This document shows, piece by piece, positions 1-12,607 of a DNA stretch of 64,000 nucleotides (its first letter is position 1; each line of letters opens with the position of its first letter). This DNA is from Eutreptiella sp. 'Long Island Sound 2002' (lineage: Eukaryota; Protista; Euglenida), in NCBI GenBank assembly GCA_964036045.1, contig OZ038378.1:37262001-37326000 (forward strand), given 5' to 3'. A program made the translations under genes and the position numbers. The notes below the pieces were generated by a model. That model saw only the letters and a program-made list of their open reading frames with translations. It made no database searches and had not been told where the DNA came from.

Positions 1-30
1 CCGGCAGCAGGGCGGGGGCAGAGGGGGGCG

Positions 31-634
31 GTGCACGAATGGGTGGAGGAGCAGCAGCAGATGCAGCGGGCGGGGGCGTGGGAGGCGCGCGCGATCAGCG
101 CGGAGGCCGCCAACCGCGACCTCGAGGCCCGCCTGTCTAGGGCCAATGAGGATAGGCGGGCCGCCGAGTCGCGGTTGGCGGCCGCCACCAAGGAGCGGGA
201 CCGCCTGGTCACCAGGGTGAAATTCCTGGAGCGCGACCTGGGGACGGCGCGCAAGGCCGCGGGGGCACCGGCAAAGCCACCGGCACAGACAGGGGAGGGG
301 GCTGAGGGTGCCGAGGGCCCCCCGGTTGAGAGGGCGGGGGCGGGCGGGGGGCAATGCCGCCGCTGTCCGGTATCTTCTGGCCGGGGCGCAGGCCTGGCAT
401 GCCCAGGCCGAGGCATGCGCCGGCTAGATGTCGGCCGTGTCCACCGGCTTGCGGATGGCCATGATGGCTAGTGGCCAGCAGGCCGACGTGGACACCGTGG
501 CCCCCGACGCCCCCGAAGTGAGTGCCGCATTGGAGGATGTGCGCCGGCAGTACCCCCCCCCCCCCCCCACCGCCTCACATCAGCGGCCATGGATCCCTCC
601 TTCGCTGAGGCGGTTGTTGGAGCATAGCTCCTAG
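31..634 (+). other. GC-rich coiled-coil/Pro-rich coding fragment, possibly ORF1/gag-like part of a retroelement (5' end outside window)
   Basis: ORF 31..471 has an E/A/R-rich heptad-like stretch followed by Pro/Gly-rich sequence; composition resembles 59803-60993. No diagnostic motif. Confidence 0.25.
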
Positions 635-718
635 GGCTCCGCTAGCCGGACCTCTGCTCCACGGGTGGGGGGGTAGCTCACCCTTTGACTTCGGGACCAC
701 CTGTCCCTTCTAACCTAC

Positions 719-2394
719 ATGGATGTTATTTGTACATTTTTATGTATGAATATATGTACAAATCTACTGCCCCTCCCCCTCCTAGTGCTTACCCCAAAAA
801 CAAGAGTGGTAGTGGCCGTCCAGCCTGAGCCCACCATGGAGGAGAGGTTGATTATGGCCGTCTGGCGGATCCGGTCGTTGCACCTCTCTAGGACGGAGTC
901 GTGGTACCTCGTGGGGAGCATAACGTACGGTGTGGTATGGGACCAGGTGTACGGCATGCTTCGGCAGCTAGCGTTACCGGAGTCCCGCGCCTTCACTGCC
1001 TATAATGGATAAGACACGGCCATCCATGGTGCGGCCTGCTACCTCCCCGACAACGTCGGCCACCTATACAAGTGTCGACCACCCCCACCCTCGGACATCA
1101 TGCAGCCCGGGGACCGGCGGCTGCATTGGTTGCCTATTGCGGTGGATGGTACATCGAGGCATGAGGCCTCGTACGTCCATTGCACGCTTGGTGGCACCGC
1201 AGCCCCAACCAACTATCTAGTTGGTGGCTACTGGGGGGCAGTGAAAAGTGGGAGACCCTCTACGCGGCGTCCCAAGAAATCAATTTTGATGACGCGTTGC
1301 GCAACGCCGCAACCGTAAGTTTTAAGGATACGGGAGGGAACGATAGGCAGTCCCTTTTTTTTCTGTGTGCAGACGGGAAAGCACAGGTGCTCATGGCGGG
1401 CTGCCAAAACTACAAGGCACAATCCCCTGGTGCCACCGTGTGTTGGGTCTGCATGTGTAACCGTGCTCTGTGCCTTGCTACCTTTGGCACAGCAAGTGCG
1501 ATAGACGGCAACTGGGAAGGGGCTGTTGCCATAGGTGCTATACATAGGACCATTACGAGTGATAGGCGATTGCCTGATTATGGCCTCCATGGGATCCTTC
1601 GTGTCATGTTGTCTGGCATCAACGGGACACGGGACCTAGTTGTACAATTGACAGGGAAGGCATCGGCCACTGTGGCGCGCACCATGCTGCAACCGGTTCT
1701 AAATGCGGCACGGCTTGCAGCACGAACTTGCACCCGTGCCTCATTAAATAATGACAAGGCAAAGAGCAAGGGGACGGTGAGGATGGAGTGTGCTGCTGCC
1801 AACCATTTCATGCGGAACAGGGGTTGGGAGAAGACAATAGAAGCTTGCCTACAGCAGCCTAGTGTGAGGCAGCATCAAGTAGGAGGAATAAGTTGGGAGT
1901 CGGTGTGCAAAACGTGGTGGGAGAATTTTGCAAGCATGTGTGTATACGCTTGGCGTTCCGCATGGTTCTCCGGGGCCGACCTGGGGCGGCTCCGGAACCA
2001 TAGCATAGCCATGCGCACCGCCCACAATGAGCTCCAGTGGGGCAAACTTCTGCGGACGCATGTTTGGATCGACCACATGTATTATTTTGCAAAGAAGTGG
2101 ATAATCTTGTCAAAGTTCTCCTGCTTTGCCATGGAGGGAAGTCACCGGAGGCCGAAGCGCATGTTGCGCAACAGCGGGGGCCTAAGCCTCTTCCGGGGGA
2201 GACTAGGGGTGCAAGTGGTTGTGGACAATATCCTTTGGTCGCATGGGCCGGATGCGACCAAAAGGGCACAACATGGGCAAGGGTCCATAAGTGTACAAAC
2301 GTATGCAAGCCGTATAAGAAGACGGCTTCTAACCGACATGCAGCACCTTCAGAGTCTACAGGGGCGGTTCCGGTGTTGCAAGAAGCGGACATGA
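719..2394 (+). pseudogene. RAG1/Transib-like DDE transposase, degenerate (one in-frame TAA, one frameshift)
   Basis: Motifs in RAG1-core order: WLPIAVDGT (first D), GGSEKWETL (cf. RAG1 ADESDHETL), FFLCADGK (second D), CWVC, LHGILR, HVWIDH...FAMEGSHR (HxxxxH plus catalytic E). ORFs 719..1012 and 1100..1318 share a frame; a shift into 1180..2394 follows. Confidence 0.7.
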
Positions 2395-2910
2395 CATCAC
2401 CGTCCAAACCCAGACCATTGTTGCCTGTGACCGGGGTGCATGCTGGGGTGCACTAGAGAGCCTAATAGGGGTGTTAGGACAAATCAGGGGGTGCACACCG
2501 GTAACATAAGTGTAAAATCACGTGAATTCACGCCTATGAATCGGCTACATGCTTGCCGGGTTTTGGCACCTCTCGTTTTGGGCGCGGTTTGGGCATGGTG
2601 GATGCTTTTGGGGCGGGACCTTCATTGGATGATGTGTAATGAAGCTGGGGGAAGGATTTTACATTCTCAAATCCCTCAGAATGAACCAAAAATATGGCGT
2701 TTTCCCCCGAAAACCTCAAATTTTGGGTCGATTCACGTGACATTCACGCATTTATTCAAACGGCCACTTGTCCCCCGTTCACGAAGGGTACATACATTGT
2801 CCTACATGAAATCAAGGCACCCCTAGGAGCCTCTCGGTCCCTACCCTGCGGCCAACCCCACCTGCTTTGGCTTTCTATAGGAATTGGTTAGGGCAAAAAT
2901 CAGTATTTAG

Positions 2911-3275
2911 TGGACAGAACCATTGACGTGCAGCACTGTCCAAATCCCTTGCCCCCTGCCTCTGTGCCATTATGTCTGCTTTGTTTTGCTCTGTTCATGT
3001 CACAGTGTGAAAACAAGACAATTGCAAAGGCAATAGGATCTTGCGACGCCCACAATTTTTCTCTTCTCGGGCTTTGCAGCTCGACAATGCTCTGGACATA
3101 ACCATTGACCTGCAGCATTGTCCAAACTCCCTGCCCCCTGCTTTCGTGCCATTATGTCTCCTCTTTTCCGCTCTATTCATTTCATAGGGTGTTAACACGA
3201 CAAATGCACTGGCAATAGGAGCCTGCCACGCCCACACTTCTTCCTTTCTCAGGCTTTGCAGCCGGACAATACTTT
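2911..3275. repeat. Tandem duplication, 2 x ~182 bp
   Basis: accattgac(g/c)tgcagca(c/t)tgtccaaa begins at 2919 and 3101; similarity runs through ...ggctttgcagc. Confidence 0.85.
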
Positions 3276-5850
3276 GGGTCCTGGTCCTACTATACCTTTT
3301 CAAGTGGATTGTGCTGTCACATCTTTTGGCGCCATCATGCAAGTACCACGTGACCGCTGTTGTTACGTTTTTGTGTACAATATGTGGGCTGCTGTCATGG
3401 GCATGCGTGGTGGCGATTGGTACTATGTGGACGTACATGGCTCCCCACAAGCACCTAAAGTGGGCAGACTGTTTGTAAAACAATGATCATGAGAAGATGT
3501 CCGTCAACGGTTATTCATACCTGACGGCCAACAATGCGGTGGTGCTGATTGTGCTGCTCGGCTTTATATCATTACCAGCCCAGAGGCTATCATGGTTGTG
3601 ATCATGCAGGCACACGGTCTTCGGCCCCAGGATGCTGCTGAAATTTGTCATCGCTAGGATGCTTTTTTGGGGTCTCTGCAGTAATGATCGCAGCCCGAAT
3701 TAATCATGGCACGTGGTGGTGTACGTCCGTGGTGTTGTTCTTGTGTTTACACTGCACAACATAGTAGTCGTAGATGCGCAACGGGTTGATACCATGATCT
3801 ATCGCAGGCGCATGGAGGCAACCAAGATGGGCGCGGCAACGTATGGTTGCATTTGCGGTCGCGTTATGCGCATCGAGGCCGTTCCGGTCCACGGATGGTA
3901 TGCACAACATCTTTCAGGAAACAGCCCTCACACAATATTCATGACCACGGGCTTTCAATGGGAGGACAATTACGGGAAAACGACAGCCAAGCAGCAACCA
4001 CCAGCTAAACCGCCCGGCATGTCCAACCGATTCCTGTTGGCAGCAGGGGCTCCGAGTACCACATTTGCAACTGCACGTGTAGCTGCATGTGCATCCGCAT
4101 GTACATCTTCAACACCGATTATTCAGCAACCACCTGCTAGTGGTCTTCCCTCACAAGCAAAAGTAACAAGTCCCATGATGGTCGGACCTAGTTCTCTATC
4201 AGGCAACACGATTTCGGCATCCACACATGGTCAGTGCTCTGTTATACCACAAGAGTGCACGCTGGTCGAGTATTTGCTGGCAAAGCCCTGGCGGTGCACA
4301 GTTATCCGAAGTGTACACTTGGGGTGCGCTCTGCGCGGTGTTGGAGTCGTAAACGTGTTGCACGCAACACAAAAAATGCAGCAGACCAAACACCATGATA
4401 GCAGTATGTCAAATGTTCATCAACACAGGGGTCCAGAATCCAGAAACTCAATTTGGTGGTGCCGTTTACGGCGCCGGCGCCGTAAACTTACTTGTGATTC
4501 ACAAAACAGGAAGGGTTCGGTGAGGTCTGGGGGAAAAATAGAATAGTTGCTACCCCGCCCTCCCCATTTGCATGTTCTTTCCCACAGGAATTACAGAAAT
4601 GTCCGGAGTAGGACTTCACCAAGAGAACATGACAAGAGGCCTGCCTGAGGCAGGCGAGGTGCAAGGGTGCTAGGGTAGCTGAGGGGTAGGGACAAGACAG
4701 GCAAGTAAGGGGGGGGTTTCAAAAGAGGGGACCTGATTCCATGGCTTTACATCAATGGTGTTGAGAAGGGGTTCAAGGGGGTTAGATTTGGGGTTGGGGA
4801 AATCCACGTATCGCGCAGGAGACAGAGGGTGGCTGCTTTGTGGTCAATTTCGTTACACTGGCACCTTGTGGAGGTGTACAATGCCTCGGTGTATTCTGCA
4901 TGATGCTACATGCTGCATGTGTTGTGGTTTACTTGTCATGTAATGTGTTTTGTTTGCCCAAAAAACAAAAAAAGGGGCGGGGCCATGTCCTTCTCCTCAA
5001 AGCCCCACCTGTCGGTTTGGAGTGTGCCCCAATGCAAATAAGGGGGCTAGTTTTTGGCTCTTTTGCATTGCGGACCCCTCCGCAAGCATGCTCCGTCGGG
5101 CGCGTGATTTGGAATGGTGCCCTAGTACGGATAAAGGGGCCGGGCTGCTCTTGGCCCGGCTGATGATCCTGCTTTGGAACGGGGGGTTAAGACTTGACGG
5201 GGTACTGGGCGGTAAGGCTCCACCCGCCCTAGGAGGACTTGAACTAGCCCCTGGGCTCTGCCTGTGTGGCTTTGCCAATCATGGTCCGGCCACCCGGCTT
5301 GCGAGGATCGCGAAAGCTCTTCCCCAGCAGACAGCAATGGGATTTCCCCGCTGGATGCCTACATTACTACGCGCTTTCGGGTTTTGGAGAGTGGGGCTGG
5401 GTTGGTGTCGTGCGGCCACCACCACAGACACGGAACAAACGCACACCGGGGGTGCCCATCTGCCCCGCTGACAGGTGTTAGAGGAGCCAGGGAACGGGGT
5501 AACAGGGATCGCCAACGGGTTGTATGATTTACAATATATTTTGGCAGGGATTGTAGGTCTGGGGCTCTGCACGGAGTGTGGCTTAGCCGGTAACTACATG
5601 AAGCTGCCTAGCTACTTACACTATGATGATGATGATGATGATGCTGATAAGGTCAAGGAAATACCTTTTGGGGATTTTGGCGCTGCCGTTTACGGTGGTA
5701 GCGCCGTAAAATTTCCAATGATGCTGGCTCCGGGATTGTGTCTAAACGGTATTCGTTGAATTTTTGCTTTCGCCCATCACTACTCCACCACTGTGCTGAG
5801 CTACATTTTTTTGTGTAGCCCATGTGCATTATCAAAAGCCCCCTTGTTGC

Positions 5851-8000
5851 TTAAGTTGCACGAGGTCGCTTCGGAATAGGAGCATCAGGAGGGTCTTCGG
5901 CCCTCCACTTAGCTAGTGGTGCAAGGCGTGCGAGCATAGTGTTGTGTACTCCTGTCGTGGGATTAGGTTCTGGTACCATTTGTGGACCAGGCTTGGGTGT
6001 TGGTTTTGGGGTTGGCTTTGGCCTTTGGCGTGTCAACTGGGTTAGCAGGGTTTCAATCCGGTTCAGCAAATGTTGCATGATGTCTCTCATGCGGTTTGCT
6101 TCTCCGGAGGGTTTCGTGCCAAATACTTCTTGGCTATCCTGTGTTACGCGCGCCTCAGGGGTGCCATCTTTGATCACAATATGTGACAGCAGGTTTTTGA
6201 CCATTTTTACTCCTAGTGTTTTTCCCTTTGTGTGATCAAGGTTCTTCCATGGTCTGTCTGGGAAAACATAGTCCGCTTGCCACTTAGCTTGTGGTGCCGC
6301 CTTAGTGAAAGTCACACCCGCAGGTAAAGGCATGAAAGGGAGCGTTGCCTTTTGTATACCATTGATCAATCTCTGTGCCCGGATGACAATTTGGGCTGGA
6401 AAGGTCCTCGGTATGTGTGGGTCCGTATAGTCCTTTGGCTCATTAGGCTTCATGTTAAGGAATCGGTATTGTTTTTGATGATTGTGAATAATGACAATTG
6501 TGGCATCATCTTCCTTAGCCTGCTGCAGTTGACTCACCGTAGCTTCCTATTTCTCCTCACTGAAAGTGGCACCAGGTAGGGCACCCACATAGGGATCCCA
6601 ACGCAGCACCGCCAATAGTAGTGCATCCATGTACTGCTGTTGACCCCCTCTGGGCCGCAGTGCATACAGGAGAACGGTACAGAAGTGTACCACTGCATAG
6701 GCCTCTTTTCCAGACCACGGTGCGTGTCTCCACCAGTGCAAGGTCCGCGGCTGGTAGCCCATGTAGAAGAGTGCGCGAGCATAGTCTCGGAATACTGTAG
6801 TGAGAACACTTAGGTCTTGCAACTTCATGGCGCAACCACCGTAGATTTCTCTTCCGTGCTGGATGTTCAACTTGGCGTCTCGTAGCAGGGGTAGCACTCA
6901 GCCAGCTGCCAAAAATGCTGCTCGCACCATTTGCTCCATCAGGGAGACTGCAATCTGCACCGTTCGAAGTGCCGTAAGAAAATCCGTAAGAAAGGGGTAG
7001 AAATCGCCGATCCTATTCGGTGACACAGGATTTGTATGAATGCCACACACCAAAGAGCATTGGCGTGTGTGCAAAAAAGCTATCTGTAGCCACTGACACA
7101 TACGGTACGCTATATTGCAATTTTAGCATTCTACAATACAAGTCAACGTCATATAGAACCGGACTGGTACTTTTGCCAGTCCTGGTTCTCCGGTCATCCA
7201 CGTTGGAGCAGACTTCCAACAGTCTGTCCGGGGAGGATATGTTGATGGGTAGGACATCATATGTCCACGATGGCGCCGTAGTCACATTGTATCGCCGAAC
7301 ATCTAGCAGCACACACACTTATTTAAATTGGAGGTGCCACGACTGTACTTCGTCAATCTTCCCACGAATGGAAGGAACTGCGTGCCGTAGCACAGTAGGG
7401 AGTTGCCCAATGGCAGACAGTAACTCAGGCACTGTCTTAACCGCCGTGAATCGTGGTACTCCATCGGAGGGGGCGACAGGTAGCATGGCAACACAGGTCG
7501 CATGAATGGAAATGTTCCGTTGCCGAGGAACGTTCCCACTGTGCCGCCACTTATTGTAGTTGTCTATCCAAGGAACCATGGTATTATCTTTGGCTAGCGC
7601 TACAATTTTCTCGGCGTACAGCAGGGACTCCTCTGCAATGTTGGGTTTTAGACCGTTGACAAGTCTTGTTCTAGCATGTAGGGATGCTTGCTCCCTGGGT
7701 AGATTCTCCAAGCCGGCATCCACATGTTGACTCCGAGCACCAATGCACCATTTCCTGAGCGACGGGAAGCAGGTCGACATGCTTTGGGAAATCAGCGTTG
7801 TCCAACGTGGTCCGTTTCTTGTCCCTCTCCGGGGCCAGTCGCTCCGTGGGTCGTGCATTCCTTTGGTGGATCTGGAAGCTACCTGCCTTAAGTTGAGGAA
7901 CCACTGCACAATTGCATAGCGGCCCCACCATGTAGGGCATCCTGTACCATGTCTTCAACAGTTTCCAGGGTTGACATATCACTCAATGCTTGTAGGTACT
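5851..8000 (-). pseudogene. DDE-type transposase (DN..D..GxWH..E pattern, DUF6589-like/RAG-Chapaev-related, family uncertain), frameshifted; paralogue of 22834-24972
   Basis: Fragments WIDNYNKWRH, VLYDVDLY, PMLFGVWHSYK and SEEK*EA align in order with QFDN*YRRRH, LLMDENVF, PMLYGCWHPYK and PEEPLEA of the 22.8-kb ORF. ORF 5851..6537 continues in frame after the TAG at 6547-6549. Confidence 0.6.
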
Positions 8001-8899
8001 TCAGAGACACAGGCCTTACCGTGCCGTCAATGGGACCTGCAAGCCGTCGTTGGGGCTTAAATAAATTTACGGCTCTGGCGCCGCAACTTGCTACAATTCG
8101 CTCTGAAAAAGCACCCTATCACTTGCATTACTCCGAGTTGTCAATAGGTCTTTGAGCAGACATAATGCAAAAAAGCGGTCCTAAGAAAAAATGGGGCATG
8201 TCAGTTTTTGGGCGCAAACACTTACGAGGGGATTTACCCCCGTTTTAGGCTGGTGCGCATTGTTTGTTGTGTTCATACGGCAATTACTGACGGTGGACTG
8301 TGTGAAACCGCGATAAGCCAGAATCTCACATTCACAGTACCATGGCTGTTAGGTGTTGTTTTTTTGGTGTTACTAGTCTTTTGGTTCTTTTTCATTTACA
8401 TTGCTCCACATGGAAATGGCACCGTGGCACCATGTGCTTTTTTTGCGCAATGCGGCAATCCCACCAGGCCTGGAGTTGGGTCCTGTTGTGTGCTCACCTC
8501 GAGACTGGTTTCCATCGCTTGTAGGTCTCCCCTGAGGATAGCATAGGATACGTTTTGGGGTGCCATTTGGGAACGCATCTAGAGGGGGCCCGATGGGGGC
8601 GTCAGGTGCAGCGAACACTGCTGCCAAAAGGCTGGCGTGGGCCTTTTTCTATCTGGTAGGACACAAAGTGTCAACCCACGGCGGGCCCCGGTGCCCTCCA
8701 GCCCTCGCTCCAGAATCGCAGCAACCAGAGGACGAACCAAATGCAATAGACGCCCCCCTCCCCCCCCTTCTGGCTAACACGGAAACTGCCTGCGCGCACG
8801 ACGACTACGACGGGTTCAATAGTGGCCGACATGAGCGAATCAACTTAGCTAGACACATAGCTATGACACAAGCGTTGCGTACAATGCGAAACAACGTTA

Positions 8900-9507
8900 T
8901 TGTTTACTCACCATTTCTTTCTCCTCCGCAGCAGTTCGTTTTATGACCTCGTCACTGGTACCAACCTCCATTATTTTTACTCCACTGGCCAAAATGACCA
9001 CAAACAACATATCCCCATCTAAATGAGGAATGCCGGTAGTGGCAGCTTGTCGCGGCACTGGCCGTGTTCGTAATTGATGTTCCACGCAACGTGGTCCACG
9101 CTCACTTGAAACCCTGCCTTCAAAATCCACCGGTTGAGGTCAGTTCCGAAGGCCTCGTTCACGTGGATTTTCGGATCTGGACTAGTGGTGTCGCCTTTCC
9201 TTTTTTGGCCCCTAGCCTCTTAAAGAGGCTCACCCTCTTTTTGAGACGGGATACCGTACTGCGGAGCAGCTGTCTCCCACAGCCGGTGTCCCTGTGGCCC
9301 CATCATTCCCGTCATGTCAACGTCACCCTCGTTGTTTTTCGTCCCCGTTATCAGTGTCCTCCCCCAGCTGGAGCCCCACGTACTGCGGTACGTACTTTCC
9401 AATGTTTGTATGCGGCCCTGCAGACTGTTCGTCAAGGTCACTGTCATATTTGTAATATGTTGTGCTCCAATTACAAAGAGAAGATCATCTAAACGGAAAA
9501 TATCCAT
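8900..9507 (-). pseudogene. Degenerate coding region of unknown function, divergent from the 9.6-kb gene
   Basis: Protein-like reading across ORFs 9220..9507 and 8897..9130 with a stop/frameshift; ends at a gtgagt donor-like site. No known motif. Confidence 0.25.
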
Positions 9508-9559
9508 AATTTACGGCGCCGCCGCCGTAAAAATTTACGGCGGCGGCGGCGTAAATGAA

Positions 9560-11576
9560 GCACAAACCGTCCTTTTAGGCTGTCATACCTGCCATGTCCT
9601 TCAATATTACTTGAATCCTCTGGATAGGATCCCCGGTGATGCTATGAGGCGATACAATGGAATAGCACTCGTTCTAGCCGCTTCAAGCCACGATCATAAA
9701 TTTGTGGATGCTGTTGGGAGCATCAATATGCGCTACGAGCGTGGTTCCGCGCCCGTCCGGGCTTGTGGTTTAACAGACTACAGTACTAGTCTGCCCAGGG
9801 ACGATGTTCAAGAACTGACACAATAGTTAGTAGATCGGCCTTTGTCTGTGACGGTTTCCAAGTTTAACAACTATCTGAAGTTCCTCAAGTGCCAGAGGAA
9901 CATGATTTGGAACATTTGTCGCCCAAAAAATGACAATGTAGCACCTGAGAATAGTATGTTCCCTGTCATTTTTTGTGTGTCTACTCGTACTCAGTGCAGG
10001 CCATGGCCTTCATTCTGTATGTCCTCACTCTTAGAGACTCTGGTTCTTTGCCATAATTTGGCGGACCAGCTTTATGCGAAGCATGCAGAATAAATCACCC
10101 CTAGGGATGGCCTTTGGGGGAGAGCATACGTTGGGTTGCGCCTTGGCAAGGCAGACTGGCCAGAGGTCCCCACTTGAGAGCCTCGTATGGCCTGACCCGG
10201 CCTTTGCTACCTTGCGTCAGTGGCTGCTCACCCCTCAAAGTGGGACAACAGCAGCAGCAGGACCGAGTACTGGCTCCAAGGACATCATCACCTTCCAAGC
10301 AGAGTTTGGGGACTGGCGGAAGATAGTGATTGGGGGAGGTGATATGGGTACTCTTGCAGCCGGGAGAAACATCCACTGTGTAGTGGTGGAGTGTGAACAG
10401 GATGTTCCATTTCGCTAGGATTTGCTCCGCATCACCAACGGGGGAACCCCCGTCATGCCGGTTGGCAAGGCCACTGTAGTTCAGGACTCGGTCGACCAAA
10501 TTACCGGTGACGGGGCCTCCGAGATGTGTAATTTCGCTGCCAACAATACAATGTACTTGGGGTCACAGGAAGAAAGGCGGCCGTTTCTGCCTAACTCCAA
10601 GGCCACCGGACTGGGAGGCACTCTCAGTCTTATGCTCGTTAGCCGTGAGGCTGCATCCCTGCCATCATACATCGGGAGTAAGCTAGGGCTTCGCCCCAGC
10701 ATTATTGCATTGCTGTTGCTCCGGGTCGGGCTTAAGCCGGACGTGGAGACAGGCAATTTTTTTTGCCTCGCAATGTGGCTGCATCCAAAGCGCAACTGCG
10801 GCTTGGATGTTGTAGCTCAGGTTGCCACTGCTTTTCCCAAGTGGCAGGTCTGTGCGGTTGCTGCAGCCAAGTGTCTCCGGCATTTCTCCAAAGACATGGA
10901 GATTGCCAAGAATGCTAATGCAGCCACTGATGACCATGAGCTTAGCCATGAAATTGGCCTCCTGTGCAAGAGCACTATTATTGACAGCAGCAACGTCCAC
11001 CGTCTGACTGTAGAGCACTTGGCGCAAAGGCGTCGACCGGTTGCTGCCCTTGTCAAGAAGCACAAGGAGACCGAAAGGGAGAGGAAGAAGAATACCAAGG
11101 AGGAAGCAAAGGCAGCTGCAAAACTTGTTGCCAAAGCACCCAAGACTGCGACCGCTGCCCAACAGCATCAGCAACAGGCGCAAGGAGATGCTCCAGGTAG
11201 GCAGCTGGAGAGGGGAGCAGGCCATCCTCCCACTGGGGGACTAGGCAAGGGCATCCTAGCACTTGCCGCCGGCACCCCAGGAAAGAGGGGAAAGGGCGAG
11301 CAGGCTCGACAGAATTCCGAGCATGACAACCTGGACATCCAAAGCGCCAGGGTTGGCGGTGCTACCCCTGCCCGTCTTTCCTCCGGCAACAGCGGAAACA
11401 ACACTCCGGGGGCCAGCCCTGGCAAAAGGAAGCAGACCCGTCACCTTGGGCTGAGGGCCACACGTGCTAAACCCGGTGCTTCAACTTCTGACCTAAAGCC
11501 TCGTGCTGCTGACGCTGAGGTGATGGGGGAGACTGAGCTGTTGTCCCTTTTTGGACGAGCCCAGGATGAGTTCTAG
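9560..11576 (+). pseudogene. Accessory gene A: ParB-like GxH motif(?), DPxF motif, Lys/Glu-rich tail; probable homologue of genes B and C
   Basis: VLLGCHTCH (cf. ILSGQHIAE in gene B); LVWPDPAFATL (cf. MWSDPTYAPL in gene B). ORFs 10074..10418 and 10422..11576 are in frame across a single TAG. Confidence 0.4.
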
Positions 11577-12607
11577 GTGGCAGCCTAGGGATTAATGTTG
11601 TAGTACCCCTGCGTGCCTAACGAAATAGCATTGTAGGCTACCTATACAATCTATACATTACGTGTGAGGAATGGAGACTTAGATGGTGTTTGGTATTCAC
11701 GGCGCTGCCGCCGTACTTTTTAGGGCTCTGGTGCTGTAAACTGTGAATTTGCTATCAAATGAGGTAATGGACCATACTTGTTGTCCAAATTTGTCCAACT
11801 GTGTCCAACGGCCAAGGCAATGTGTGGCTTTTTTCCTCTAAGATATATTTGCATGATGACACAGAGGTTTCTTTTTTTTATTCGGTACTCAAGAGCACAT
11901 CAATGGCCGCTTCTTTTGGTTGGAGTGAGAGAACCTGATGTACTGCATGATTTTTATACTGCATTCTCCGCTTGCTTGGCAACGTTATCTGTGCTATGTC
12001 GCTATGCTTCTGCTGCTGGCTGCTGTTTGGTAATTGTGGGCCATGTCGGAACAGTGGTGTGTGTGGGATTGGGGGGGGCACCTAGGGCCTACTCAGCTTG
12101 TCCTTTGTGTACCCCCCTGGTGCACTCAAAGTATACTTTTGTACGCCCCCCCTTTACAGCCATTACTCTATTTTCGTTTACGGCGCTGGCGCCGTAAAAT
12201 TTAAGGGTGCCCCTCCCTGAAAGCAACGTTCCCGTCGGGGCTAGTATCCCCCCCAAAAAACAGCTGTATCTTTTTCACTTCTGCCCAATAGGGTCGTATT
12301 GTGTCCCATGTCTTTTCCAAGTGTGCCAAATAGTGTACACAAGCTGCCTCCAAGCCATCACTGAAATCAACCAAGAGGTAAAACAGTGTAGAATGGAGGT
12401 GACAATTGCTTCGCTAATTTGTCATTGATTGAAACAATGCAACCACACAAGGTGTCCATCCATGAATGATGTTTTTTTTTAAATATCGGCTTCGACGAAA
12501 GGTGAAAAAGCCAACATCCTGTCCAAATTTTTACGGCAACAGCGCCGTATATTTTCCGAGCGTAAGTGGTTTGATTTCGGGGGGTTATTGGCCGTCGGCT
12601 GGTTTTT

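Larger units (their letters stand above)
4464..12551. repeat. Dispersed palindrome family A, consensus TTTACGGCGC-NN-GCGCCGTAAA, >=8 copies
   Basis: Copies at 4464-4487 (perfect 24-bp palindrome), 5689-5710, 8066-8087, 9510-9531, 9534-9555, 11696-11716, 12177-12198, 12530-12551. Confidence 0.9.

Noticed and set aside
3713-4546. 277-aa ORF as a gene
   Set aside because: No recognisable motif, S/T/P-rich, competing ORFs on the opposite strand.
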